Source of the DNA: Trueperaceae bacterium
Lineage (GTDB): Bacteria; Deinococcota; Deinococci; Deinococcales; Trueperaceae
DNA: 42,261 nt
Reading direction: 5' to 3'
NCBI GenBank assembly: GCA_035703635.1
Contig: DASSXV010000079.1
Span: forward strand, 1 to 42,261
Shown: positions 1-8,863 of the stretch, one piece after another
How positions within the stretch are numbered: the first letter of the stretch is position 1
Layout: each line of letters starts with the position of its first letter
Position numbers and translations under genes: made by a program
The notes under the pieces: generated by a model
The model's database searches: none
Told to the model about the DNA's origin: nothing
The model's input: the letters and a program-made list of their open reading frames with translations, nothing else

Positions 1-847
1 CTTCAAGCACGGCACCGCCCGGCTCCTTGAAGTACACGGACTTGAAGTAGTGGCGGTTCTTGATGGGCGTCGGCGTGAGGCCCTCCGCTAGCAGGCGCTC
101 ACGGACTTCCTCGAGATCGGCCGCACTCGACCGCAACGCAAAGTGGTGGATGCTCCCGGTACCTAGTCGGGCTGGCGATGCGGACGGCACTTCGAGCAGG
201 TCGACGTAGCCGCCCGCAGGGTAAGAGACGGCGTTCGGCAAGGCGGTCTGCGCGGCGCCAGGCGCCAGGCGCACGGCGCGTGCGCCGCCAGCCACTTGGT
301 CCTCGCTGACCACCTGCAGGCCAAGGGCGCCGGTCAGTACTGCCACGGTCTTGTCTAGCTGCGGTGCGGCCACGGATACGCTGTGTAGGCCCTGTAGCGC
401 CATGGTGTCCGAAACGGGGGCGCCAGGCCAGTTGAGGGCGCGGATGCCCGTCTCGCCCTCTGCGAGCTCTAGCGGCGTGCCGTCCGGGTCGAGGAAGGCC
501 ACTACGGCCTGACCGAAGCGCTCGGCGGTGGTGAACGAGATCTGGTGGTCGGTAAGTCGTTGGCGCCACGCGTCAAGCGCGCCTACGGGCACGCGGAAGG
601 CGACGGCCGTCGTTTCACCTGCCCCGCGCACTGCTGGGCCGGCGCCCGCCCATGGGAAGAACGTGATCACGGTACCTGGCTGCCCGAGCGGGCCGCCGAA
701 GTACAAGTGGTACGTCTGCGGGTCATCGTAGTTGACGGTGCGCTTGACGAGCCTGAGGCCAAGGAGCCTCACGTAGTACTCGATGTTGGCTTGCGGCCGG
801 CCGGCGATGGCCGTTACGTGGTGGAGGCCCGTGCTTGCGAACGACAT
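1..847 (-). CDS. Ring-cleaving dioxygenase / VOC (MhqO/MhqA-like) family protein, 3' end outside window
   Basis: Not in the ORF track. Manual translation from ATG 847 gives MSFASTGLHHVTAIAG...LGLRLVKRTVNYDDPQTYHLYFG, and NRHYFKSVYFKEPGG near position 1; paralogous to 27134-28129. Confidence 0.88.
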   Translation of the reverse strand, partial: MSFASTGLHHVTAIAGRPQANIEYYVRLLGLRLVKRTVNYDDPQTYHLYFGGPLGQPGTVITFFPWAGAGPAVRGAGETTAVAFRVPVGALDAWRQRLTDHQISFTTAERFGQAVVAFLDPDGTPLELAEGETGIRALNWPGAPVSDTMALQGLHSVSVAAPQLDKTVAVLTGALGLQVVSEDQVAGGARAVRLAPGAAQTALPNAVSYPAGGYVDLLEVPSASPARLGTGSIHHFALRSSAADLEEVRERLLAEGLTPTPIKNRHYFKSVYFKEPGGAVLE

Positions 848-905
848 GACGTAGAGCGTAGCAAGGGGCACGCCTCCGCTGCCCGCGCCCGGGTACCGTA
901 GCGCC

Positions 906-1373
906 ATGAGGTTGCCGTGGCCAACGGAGTTCGTAACGGGTTCCATGGCGCCGCCACCGTGGGAACCGGCGGGCGCTTCGGACCGGAAGGCCGCGACCAT
1001 CGCCATGTTCTTCAACCTCGAGTGCCCCGGCTGCGTTTCACGCGGCGTGCCGTTCATCAAGCGCCTCGGCGCCGTGCACGGCGACAAGGTGCGCACCTTG
1101 CTCGTGCACACGAGCTACGGTCACCGGCTGCTCGAGCGCGACGAGGTCGTGCCAACCCTCGTGCGCTTCGCGAACGACTACGCGCGCCTGACCATGCCGG
1201 TGGCGCTCGACCTCTCCGGGGACCTGGCGCGCGCGTGGGGCGTCGAGGGCACGCCGCACACGTACGTGTTCGACGCTAGCGGCGACCTGCAGCGTTCCCT
1301 CTTCGGATCGCAAGACAACGCCCGCACGCGCATCGAGTACCTCCTCGAGGAGCTGACGAGTGGGGTGGCATAG
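906..1373 (+). CDS. Thioredoxin-fold (TlpA/redoxin-like) protein
   Basis: CPGC motif, later GTP cis-Pro motif; TACCGT -10 box 6 nt before the ATG (leaderless). Confidence 0.8.
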   Translation: MRLPWPTEFVTGSMAPPPWEPAGASDRKAATIAMFFNLECPGCVSRGVPFIKRLGAVHGDKVRTLLVHTSYGHRLLERDEVVPTLVRFANDYARLTMPVALDLSGDLARAWGVEGTPHTYVFDASGDLQRSLFGSQDNARTRIEYLLEELTSGVA

Positions 1374-1394
1374 CGAAGTGTGCAACCGCTGCTA

Positions 1395-1424
1395 TTGAAC
1401 TGACCCGCGCCGTTCGGCTAAGAT
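1395..1424 (+). promoter_or_regulatory. Putative sigma70-type promoter for rplS
   Basis: TTGAAC-N18-TAAGAT. Confidence 0.45.
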
Positions 1425-1572
1425 AGCAAGGCTTGACGCACGGAGGCTAGCTCGTCCGGTGGCAAACGCCTGTCAAAGTCGCTGCCAACCACCTCCCAAA
1501 TGCGTCCGTTGCGGGCAGAAAAGCGCCGTGGCGTTCAGTTCGACCGTGCTGGTCGACGACCTGGAGACGAAG

Positions 1573-1986
1573 ATGAAGTACAACAAAGGCGCCATCCTGC
1601 GCTCTATCGAGCAACCTTACTTGCGTAACGACCTCCCGGACTTCGATACCGGCGATACCGTCCGCGTCGACTACAAAGTCGTCGAAGGCGCCCGCACCCG
1701 CGTGCAAGCCTTCGAGGGCGTTGTCATCGCCCGCAAGAACGGCAAGGGCGCGCGCAGCACCATCACGGTTCGCAAGGTCTCGTTCGGTGAGGGCGTCGAA
1801 CGCGTTTTCCCCGTCAACTCCCCCCTGATCGAGAACATCGTGGTCGTGCGCCGTGGCCGTACGCGCCGCGCGAAGCTCTACTACCTGCGCGAACTTCGCG
1901 GCAAGGCCTCGCGCCTCAAGACCGACGTCGCGCGCCAGGAACGCGACCGCGCCGTTGCGCGCGCCGCCAAGGCCGACAAAGAGTAA
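1573..1986 (+). CDS. rplS: 50S ribosomal protein L19
   Basis: [11 protein letters not shown]...[12 protein letters not shown]...[20 protein letters not shown]...RRAKLYYLR; start placed at ATG 1573 after a GGAG RBS. Confidence 0.97.
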   Translation: MKYNKGAILRSIEQPYLRNDLPDFDTGDTVRVDYKVVEGARTRVQAFEGVVIARKNGKGARSTITVRKVSFGEGVERVFPVNSPLIENIVVVRRGRTRRAKLYYLRELRGKASRLKTDVARQERDRAVARAAKADKE

Positions 1987-2004
1987 CCAATCGACCTCAA
2001 TTCG

Positions 2005-2046
2005 AGGAAGCGCCCCCTCACCTGCGCAGGTGAGGGGGCGCTTCCT
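2005..2046. terminator. Perfect 42-bp palindrome between convergent genes, likely bidirectional terminator
   Basis: AGGAAGCGCCCCCTCACCTGC followed immediately by its reverse complement GCAGGTGAGGGGGCGCTTCCT. Confidence 0.75.
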
Positions 2047-2064
2047 TGTGCTTGTGCGCTTGAC

Positions 2065-3585
2065 CTAGTCGACGACGACGATGGCGTTCGGGTCGAAAGT
2101 GCGGGGCGCCAAGACGGCCGCCGCCGTCGGGGTAGCGAGGAAACGCTCCAAGCCGCTGAGCGCGGCTCTGCTGAGACCACCGCTGCGCTCGGTCTCTTGC
2201 CGCAGCACACCAAGCGCCTCGTCGAACGTGCGGCGTTCACGGTGCGGCCTCGGGGCGGTCATGGCCTCGAACTTCTCGGCCAGGCTGAGGAGCGTGGCGA
2301 TGACCTCTTCGCGCTGCTCTGGCGCGAGCGGAGTCAGGGTGTTATCCATGGCGGTAGCGGGCTCGAAGCCACCGTAAGTCTCCGTTACGGGCGCCAGATC
2401 CGCCAAGTCAAGGACTCCCTTGAGGGAGCCTCGCAGGAGCGGGCGGCCTGACCTCACGAGCTCGATCTCGGTGTCGGAAAGGGTCCTGTGGCTGTCAAGC
2501 ACCTCGGTGGGCGTGGCGAGGCGCGCCAAGTCGTGGAGTAGCGCGGCACGCTTGAGGCGCCGCAGCGCCGCCTGGCCTAACTGCAGCGGGGCGTCTAGTT
2601 GCAGCCCGGCGCCGACAGCTAGTTCTCGCACACGTTCTGAGTGGCGGTAAGTCCATGGCGATTTCGCGTCGATGAAGCGCGCGAAGCCGCTGAAGAGCCG
2701 GTCGACTCGAGACGCGGAGGCGTAACCCCGACCCGTTGGTTCGGCCTCGAGCACCACCTGATCGATGTCGTGAGCGCCGAGCGCTTCGACGAACCTAGCG
2801 TCATCGAGGAGAAGCGACGCGTGGGACACGAGACTAGGGTCGAGTTGATTGCCAGCTAGTCGCCCGAGGTGCGCGACGGCTAGTGCGACGCCGCCCTCGA
2901 ACCAGGCGCTTACGAGGGCCTGCGCGACGTTGAGAACGCGACCGCTGAGGGCCACTCCCTCGCCTGCTTGGGCCTCAGGGCGACCGCGGCCGTCCCAGCG
3001 CTCGTTCTGCGCGAGGATGGCGTCCGCCGTCCCGCGGTTGAAGCCCATGTCGAGCGCGATGGAGGCGCCGGTGCGACCACGCAAGCGCTCGATCTGAACC
3101 GGACCCCTTGCGCTGCCGAAGGTGATGTCGATGAAGCTCGCCAACCGTTGCCGCCACGGCCCCTCTGAACGTAGCAGCGGCAGGGCGACGCGCAACGAAC
3201 CCCTGAGCGAGCTCAGGTCGGCAGAGTGCAGTTCCCTGTAGACGGCGCGGCTGCCAGGGCCGAAGGTATGCAGGGCCTTCGAGCGCGCAGCGGTGGCGCC
3301 AAGGTCCTTCAAGAGCGCCGCGTAATAGGTGTCAGTTAGCGCCGTCCGGTCGAAGCCAAGTCGCTGACCTAACTGCACGGCAACGAACGCTGTTCTCAGC
3401 GCGTGGGTGGCTGGCAAGCCCTCGGCCATGTCGATGGCGGGCGTCAGCGGGATAAGCAGCGCCGCTAAGCGCGGGGCGCCATTCGGGTCGCGGGTAGGAG
3501 CAGCCGTAGCGGCCACCCTGCTGGAAGGCAGCCGGTCGGGGGCAGGTGGCCGGGAAGCAGAAGCGGTGTCACGGCCTAAGGTCAT
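2065..3585 (-). CDS. Tandem HD / HD-GYP-like domain protein, degenerate motifs
   Basis: HALRT...ALLKDLG...ERWDGRGRP; second domain DAKSPWTYRHSERV...ALLHDL...FEAMTAPRPHR. Confidence 0.8.
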   Translation of the reverse strand: MTLGRDTASASRPPAPDRLPSSRVAATAAPTRDPNGAPRLAALLIPLTPAIDMAEGLPATHALRTAFVAVQLGQRLGFDRTALTDTYYAALLKDLGATAARSKALHTFGPGSRAVYRELHSADLSSLRGSLRVALPLLRSEGPWRQRLASFIDITFGSARGPVQIERLRGRTGASIALDMGFNRGTADAILAQNERWDGRGRPEAQAGEGVALSGRVLNVAQALVSAWFEGGVALAVAHLGRLAGNQLDPSLVSHASLLLDDARFVEALGAHDIDQVVLEAEPTGRGYASASRVDRLFSGFARFIDAKSPWTYRHSERVRELAVGAGLQLDAPLQLGQAALRRLKRAALLHDLARLATPTEVLDSHRTLSDTEIELVRSGRPLLRGSLKGVLDLADLAPVTETYGGFEPATAMDNTLTPLAPEQREEVIATLLSLAEKFEAMTAPRPHRERRTFDEALGVLRQETERSGGLSRAALSGLERFLATPTAAAVLAPRTFDPNAIVVVD

Positions 3586-3714
3586 GAGACGATTGTGTAG
3601 CGAGTTTTCTTACAGAGAACTTACAGTGGTCACTTTCTCCCATGCCTGACGCGGGTAAGGAGCTCAAGGCTGCGCGCAGCGCAAGCGCGCGCCCCCCGAC
3701 TGAAGGCACGGCGG

Positions 3715-3744
3715 TTGACACCCTACAGCCCGCATCTATACACT
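3715..3744 (+). promoter_or_regulatory. tRNA promoter
   Basis: TTGACA (3715-3720)-N18-TACACT (3739-3744), about 60 bp upstream of the tRNA. Confidence 0.7.
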
Positions 3745-3803
3745 AGCGTTCGCCCGCCCGACCGCAGCGGTCTAGTTGCGAGGGCGGTTTCGAGCGAGTT
3801 CGT

Positions 3804-3880
<77 letters not shown>

Positions 3881-3907
3881 AAGAAATAGCGTCCTAGACG
3901 CAACCAG

Positions 3908-3932
3908 GAACCCCGGCCAAGCGCCGGGGTTC
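3908..3932. terminator. Hairpin between tRNA and convergent integrase (element-supplied terminator)
   Basis: GAACCCCGGC-CAAGC-GCCGGGGTTC. Confidence 0.7.
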
Positions 3933-3948
3933 TGTCGTTACAGGCCTC

Positions 3949-3970
3949 GTACAGCTTATGTACAGCTTAT
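3949..3970 (+). repeat. Tandem 11-bp repeat, putative integrase arm-binding sites (left)
   Basis: GTACAGCTTAT x2; identical 22-mer at 24527-24548. Confidence 0.8.
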
Positions 3971-4033
3971 GAACCCACGTGCTCCTCGCGCGCTTCCGCC
4001 ACGAAACGCGCCGTACGGGTGCCGAGCCGTTGG

Positions 4034-5167
4034 TTACGTCTGGTCAACCGGGGCAAGGAGCTTCGCGAGTGGCACTGCGGCTGCTAGGCGTTGCTCCTCG
4101 AAGAGGTGTGTGTACTGACGCAGCGTGAAGGCGGGGTTGGTGTGTCCGACACGGTCGGCGATGGTGCTGGCGTCGAGGCCGTGCCGGACCAGGAGCGAGA
4201 CGTGGAGGTGGCGAGCGTCGTGGAGGCGAGCGCGTGGGACACCGGCCTGGTCCTGCAGCCGGTGCCAGACCCGCAGCACGTTGCGCTGGTCGAGGAAGGT
4301 GCCGATCTCGGTCGTGAACATGTGACCCGGGTTCGCCCAGCCTTCGCCTGCCAGTTCTAACTCGGCGTCCTGGCGCTGCCGGTGTTCCGCGAGGACCTCC
4401 AGCGTGTCAGCTGCGAGCGCCACCAGGCGCTGGCCCTTGGTGGTCTTGGTGCTGGCGAGGGTGAGGCGACCATCCTGCTTGGTGAGGTTGCGCCGGACGT
4501 GGAGGGTGCTGCCCTTCAGGTCGCTCCAGGTGAGGGCAAGTAGCTCGCCTATGCGTAGGCCAGAGGTGATGGCCAGGTAGAAGAGGGCCTGGAGGCGGTG
4601 CCGTTCGGAGTGCGCTAGGAAGCGGCCGACCTGCTCGGTGGTCCATAGCGTCATCTCGCGCTTCTCGGCGCGGACGGTGTCGACCGCCGCGGCTGGGTTG
4701 CGCGGCAGGAGCTGCCACTTGACGGCCTGGTCGAGCGCCGTGCGCAGGGTGCTTCGGCAGTAGTTGCTCGTGTGGGGGCTTACCTCGTCGGCGATCTCGC
4801 CGAGCGCCGCCTGGATGCGTAGCGGCGTGAGCTTGCCGAGCCTCAGGCGGCCGAGCTTGGGGGTGATGTACTTCTCGACCGTGTAGCGGTAAGACTCCAC
4901 GGTGCGCGGCTTCACCTGGCGCGCCTTCTCGGTCAGCCAGCGCTCCAGGTAAGCGCCTAGCGTGGGGTCCTCGATGGGGATGCCAGTGCTGCTGGCTTGC
5001 TGGCGCAGATCCTCGAGTTTCTTGCGCACCTCCTCCTTGGTCTTGCCGTAGACGGTTTTGCGTTGCTGCTTGCCGTTCTCGTCGTAGCCGATGGTGGTGG
5101 CGGCCTGCCAGAGGCCGTTCTTGCGGCGGGTGATGCTGCCATCGCCCTTCGCGCGGCGTCGTGCCAT
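4034..5167 (-). CDS. Tyrosine recombinase / site-specific integrase
   Basis: N-terminal GDGSI..RKNGLW arm-binding-type domain; catalytic motifs GLRIGEL, K, HDARH, VGH, Y. Confidence 0.96.
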   Translation of the reverse strand: MARRRAKGDGSITRRKNGLWQAATTIGYDENGKQQRKTVYGKTKEEVRKKLEDLRQQASSTGIPIEDPTLGAYLERWLTEKARQVKPRTVESYRYTVEKYITPKLGRLRLGKLTPLRIQAALGEIADEVSPHTSNYCRSTLRTALDQAVKWQLLPRNPAAAVDTVRAEKREMTLWTTEQVGRFLAHSERHRLQALFYLAITSGLRIGELLALTWSDLKGSTLHVRRNLTKQDGRLTLASTKTTKGQRLVALAADTLEVLAEHRQRQDAELELAGEGWANPGHMFTTEIGTFLDQRNVLRVWHRLQDQAGVPRARLHDARHLHVSLLVRHGLDASTIADRVGHTNPAFTLRQYTHLFEEQRLAAAVPLAKLLAPVDQT

Positions 5168-5199
5168 GCGGGAGCTCCTTAGAAAGTGGGGAATGAGAT

Positions 5200-5222
5200 G
5201 AGCCCAGCCGGGGGCTGGGCTC
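5200..5222. terminator. Hairpin upstream of integrase
   Basis: GAGCCCAGCC-GGG-GGCTGGGCTC. Confidence 0.5.
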
Positions 5223-5254
5223 GGTGAAGTCGAAGGTCGGGTTGTAGGGAGCTA

Positions 5255-5731
5255 CTAGATGACGGGCACGTGCTTCACTGCTTCCGCCAGGGTCTCTAGC
5301 GCCTCGTCTCGACGCTCGTCCTGAAGAAGACCTAGACCAAGGGCCACGAGGATCTTGGTGTTGAGCATGCTCGGGGTCATATGGGGGTTATCCGGTCGTT
5401 GGCCGGGCAGTAGGGTGGTCAGCGCGTAGAACGCTATGAGCCGTATGGCGTCATCTAGCACGCCGGTCAGGTCTACGCCGAAGGTCTCCTCGACTAGCGG
5501 GCTGCATGTGAGTGCATCCAGGTCCTGCCAGAACGTGGTGAGGAGGTCGGCAAGGCCTGGGGTTGTGGGCGGGACGCGTAGCTCCTCCTGAATGTGGAAG
5601 GCGGCACGGGGGAGGCGGCTCTTCCAGTTGGCGATCCGGACATTGGCGTCGGTGAGGTGCTTGAAGACGCTGCCGCTGTAGTCGAAGAACTCGCGCGAGC
5701 GGTCGATGGAGGGGCGGATGGCGTGGGTCAT
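5255..5731 (-). CDS. Hypothetical protein
   Basis: 158-aa ORF with AAAGGAG RBS, co-oriented with its neighbours. Confidence 0.7.
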   Translation of the reverse strand: MTHAIRPSIDRSREFFDYSGSVFKHLTDANVRIANWKSRLPRAAFHIQEELRVPPTTPGLADLLTTFWQDLDALTCSPLVEETFGVDLTGVLDDAIRLIAFYALTTLLPGQRPDNPHMTPSMLNTKILVALGLGLLQDERRDEALETLAEAVKHVPVI

Positions 5732-5757
5732 ACTGTCTGTCTCCTTTGAGGTGAACG

Positions 5758-5823
5758 GCCACTGACAGAGCTGACAAAACCCCCCATCCGGCTCCGGAGG
5801 GTTTCGTCGGTTCTGTCGGTGGC
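5758..5823. repeat. Imperfect inverted repeat built from CTGACA/CCGACA units, candidate replication origin
   Basis: GCCACTGACAGAGCTGACAAAACCC ... GGGTTTCGTCGGTTCTGTCGGTGGC immediately downstream of the DUF3987-like gene. Confidence 0.55.
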
Positions 5824-5838
5824 TGCTGGGGTGTGTGG

Positions 5839-7602
5839 CTAGAGGTCGAGGTCGGCTGCGAAGTCGAGCAGTGGGTTGGTGCGGATGATCTCGGTGGGGC
5901 GGCCGGTGCCGGAGGGACTGCCTTCGAGGCGCAGCCAGCCGCGTCCGGCCAGGTGCTCGACGGCCTGTTGGACGCTTGCTTTGGTCTTGAGGCCGCGCCA
6001 GCCGCGCCGGTAGATGTCCCGCACGGAGCAGCCGTCCTCCAGCTCGCCGGCGATGAGACGGTGAGCGAGTTGGCGCACGTTCTCCGTCGTGCGCGTCAAC
6101 TCGGGGGCATAGAGCTTGCGCGCGTGCGCCTCCAGGTACTCAGTCCAGCGGATCGCCAAGCGCAGTGCTGCGGCGCTCACCGGCCGCAGCTCGACGTCGT
6201 CGACGCAGTCGATCAGGTGGAACAGCAGCGCTAGCTTGCCGACGAGCGCCTGGTACTTGCCTAGGTGAGCCTGGAAGGCGGGTGTGTCGCTCAGCTCGCG
6301 TGAGCGGAGGCGTCGCATGTGCGCAGTGAACCAGGCGTCGAACTCCTCCTGCGCCTCAGGGGTGAAGCGTAGGCCGGGCAACCGGCCCGGTTGACGTTCG
6401 AGTTCTGGATGGGCGGCTGGGTCGAGGTCGGCGAGCGCCTGGAAGAGGCGTTGCACGCCGTCCCGCACGGTGGGGTCGACGGGGCGGTCGACGTGCACGT
6501 AGTCGGTCAGCGGCTCGGGGTAGACGGCGAGCTGGAAGCGCTGCAGCAGGCCGTCGGACTGCCTGCCGCCGGAGACGGCGCCCAGCACGTAGGCCTCCAT
6601 CTTCCCGGGCTGCACGCCGCCGACGATGCTTAGCGTGAGGGCGGGCACGTGGATGGTGCCGCGGCCGATGCGGTCGACGGTGTAGTTCGCCTTGGAGTTG
6701 AATGCCTCAAGGAAGAACTCGCGGTCGCCTTCACGGCCAGGCTTGTCGCATGAAACGAGCAAGCCCACCAGCTCGTCGCGGATGACCAGCAGGCCCCGTT
6801 CGTTGGTGCGGAGCAGCTCGGTTGCCATCTCTACGGTGGGGTCGTTAGTGGTGTAGCGCTTCACCGGGCGCTGCAGCGCCTCGATCTCCTGGCTGGCGGC
6901 GGCGATCTGCTCGGTGAGCGTGATCGCGGGCGACGGGCCTGCTGCCTCCTTGTAGAGCTTCGACAGCTTGGCCTCTTGGATGGCGACCTTGGCGTCGCGC
7001 ACGTGGCGGTCGGCTTCGTGGGCGGCTATGGCGTCTGCGGCGAGCCGTTCGATGTGGCGCGTGCCCTCTTGCAGGGCGGGGGACTTCATGGAGCTAGGCG
7101 GCGCGATGACGGCACCCCAGAGGTTGGGGACGACCTGCCAGGTGTCGTAGCGCTTGGGGTACAGACCGATGTTGCGTCCGGCGACGGCTCCGAGCGACAC
7201 GACGGCTGGGATGGCGATCATCTCGACGGGCACGCTCATGCGCTCGGCCTCGTCGATCAACCAGGCGCGTAGCGGCTCTGGCAGGAGGTCAGGCGGCATA
7301 CTGGGCGCGACCTCAGCCTCGGTGAGGGGCAACGGCTGCGGCCAAGTGGCCTCGGGTTCCTCGGCGTCATCGGGGCAGCAGGCTCCATCTTGGGGCTGGC
7401 CGGCGTCTGCGGTCAGGGCGGCGTCAAGCTCAGCTTCGAGGCGGGCGAGACGCTGTTCGCCGTCCGCGGGCCAGTCGAAGAGGCTGAGGTGGCGGAACTC
7501 GGCGGTGAGCTGATCGACGCGTTCGGAAGAGGCGGTCGGGAGCTGCGCAAGGCCGGTCAGCTTGCCGTCGATGCGCTGGAGGGTGGCGGATGGGGCTGTC
7601 AT
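5839..7602 (-). CDS. DUF3987 / YfjI-like P-loop protein (putative replicative helicase)
   Basis: VPNLWGAVIAPPSSMKSP (Walker A-like), RDEL (Walker B-like), DRIGRG, SIVGGVQP, DGLLQRF; C-terminal winged-helix-like region. Confidence 0.85.
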   Translation of the reverse strand: MTAPSATLQRIDGKLTGLAQLPTASSERVDQLTAEFRHLSLFDWPADGEQRLARLEAELDAALTADAGQPQDGACCPDDAEEPEATWPQPLPLTEAEVAPSMPPDLLPEPLRAWLIDEAERMSVPVEMIAIPAVVSLGAVAGRNIGLYPKRYDTWQVVPNLWGAVIAPPSSMKSPALQEGTRHIERLAADAIAAHEADRHVRDAKVAIQEAKLSKLYKEAAGPSPAITLTEQIAAASQEIEALQRPVKRYTTNDPTVEMATELLRTNERGLLVIRDELVGLLVSCDKPGREGDREFFLEAFNSKANYTVDRIGRGTIHVPALTLSIVGGVQPGKMEAYVLGAVSGGRQSDGLLQRFQLAVYPEPLTDYVHVDRPVDPTVRDGVQRLFQALADLDPAAHPELERQPGRLPGLRFTPEAQEEFDAWFTAHMRRLRSRELSDTPAFQAHLGKYQALVGKLALLFHLIDCVDDVELRPVSAAALRLAIRWTEYLEAHARKLYAPELTRTTENVRQLAHRLIAGELEDGCSVRDIYRRGWRGLKTKASVQQAVEHLAGRGWLRLEGSPSGTGRPTEIIRTNPLLDFAADLDL

Positions 7603-7796
7603 GCGCTGGTGGCGGCTTCGCGCTCGATGAACGCCTCGACCTCGCGGTGCGGGATGAGGATCTTGCGGCCGACCTTGATGTGCCGGATGCGTCCCGCTCG
7701 GAGAAGTTCGTAGACGTTGCCACGGCCGATGGCGCCGCCAAGCGCGTAGCGGAACTCGTCGGGGCTGAGAAGGGGCTTCGTATTGCGGTCTTGCAC
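7599..7796 (-). CDS. Excisionase-type helix-turn-helix protein
   Basis: GRGNVYELLRAGRIRHIKVGRKILIP (HTH_17-like); start re-placed at GTG 7796 after an AGGAG RBS; overlaps the next gene by 4 nt. Confidence 0.85.
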   Translation of the reverse strand: MQDRNTKPLLSPDEFRYALGGAIGRGNVYELLRAGRIRHIKVGRKILIPHREVEAFIEREAATSA

Positions 7797-8171
7797 AAGA
7801 ACTCCTAGCGCCTCCTCGTGGGCGGAGGTCGCGGTTGATGTAGGGGTGGCTTCTGGCCCACGCCCCTTCGGCTTCAAGGGGTTCCGGGATCGCGGCGAGA
7901 CGCCCTACCAGTAGAGGGGAGGGCGCTTCGTGAGGGGGGCGAGGCTCATTTGTCCGTGGTGCTGGGCTCAGAGCCCCGCCTAGCGAGGTGGTTAGCTGCT
8001 GACGAAATTCTTGCTATGGCTTCGTGTCGGCCTGATGGAAGTCCTCTCGTGCGGCCCGAGTTGGGTGGGCTGCGGCTGCGTTGGGTTCTGTCGGGTGGGG
8101 AGCGAAGGGATGCGAGGCTCGCGGCCGCGCGTTCTTCAAGGTTAGTTGGCGCTGCTCGAAGCTAGTTTTCA

Positions 8172-8211
8172 CGTTCCCTGTTGACAGTTCGCGTTCCGTG
8201 TTGACAACTCG
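8172..8211 (+). repeat. 20-bp tandem direct repeat, each unit containing TTGACA
   Basis: CGTTCCCTGTTGACAGTTCG / CGTTCCGTGTTGACAACTCG (17/20 identical) in the divergent intergenic region. Confidence 0.65.
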
Positions 8212-8234
8212 GCCCGCGCGGGCAAGAGTGGCTT

Positions 8235-8846
8235 GTGGCGGGCGACTTCGAGTACATCCAGCCCTCAGGTCAGGCCTGCCTCAACCCGGCTTGCTCTTAC
8301 TTCGAGGTGACCGGTCAAGGAAACATCCAACGCTTTGGAGTCACGGAGCGCGGTGTGCAACGCTTCCGCTGCAAAGAGTGTCGCAAGACGTTTACCGAGT
8401 TGACCGGAACGCCGATGCACCGACTGCGCCATGACGAAGCCACGGTAGTCGAGGCCGCAGCCAAGGTCTTGTTGAGTGAACAGTCGATCAGCGATACGGC
8501 TCGCGAGTACGGTGTCCCCTACTCAACGGTGAAGCGTTGGGTGGACGCGGTGCGTCCGTACAGTGAGGTGGCCGATCAGGCTGAGTTGGTGCTGGAGCGA
8601 CAGCGGCAGGCGGCAGCCTGGAGATTCGCTGTCCTGGGTCATGCTCTTTCGCTGGGCCTGTTGACTCGGGCTCGGTATGACCTGGCGATGGATCACATCA
8701 CCGAAGACTCTGAGGACGGCGCTGCTGTCTTTGCGGACGTTCTACGTGAACTAGTGACTATGCACGGCGATCTAACGAAGCTGGGCGCGGCCGTGCGCGA
8801 GGAGTACGAGGCAACGCTGCGTGACCTGACCCGTCCAAGCCATTGA
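8235..8846 (+). CDS. Zn-ribbon + HTH protein (IS1 InsA-like N-terminus, no transposase catalytic domain seen)
   Basis: CLNPAC...G...QRFRCKECRKTF...GTP; HTH SISDTAREYGVPYSTVKRW. Confidence 0.7.
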   Translation: MAGDFEYIQPSGQACLNPACSYFEVTGQGNIQRFGVTERGVQRFRCKECRKTFTELTGTPMHRLRHDEATVVEAAAKVLLSEQSISDTAREYGVPYSTVKRWVDAVRPYSEVADQAELVLERQRQAAAWRFAVLGHALSLGLLTRARYDLAMDHITEDSEDGAAVFADVLRELVTMHGDLTKLGAAVREEYEATLRDLTRPSH

Positions 8847-8863
8847 GTAAGGCGGCAGAGAGC

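Noticed and set aside
3949-3970. Tandem repeats as a possible CRISPR or iteron array
   Set aside because: Only two units with no spacers and no cas genes; better explained as att arm sites. No CRISPR array seen in the window.
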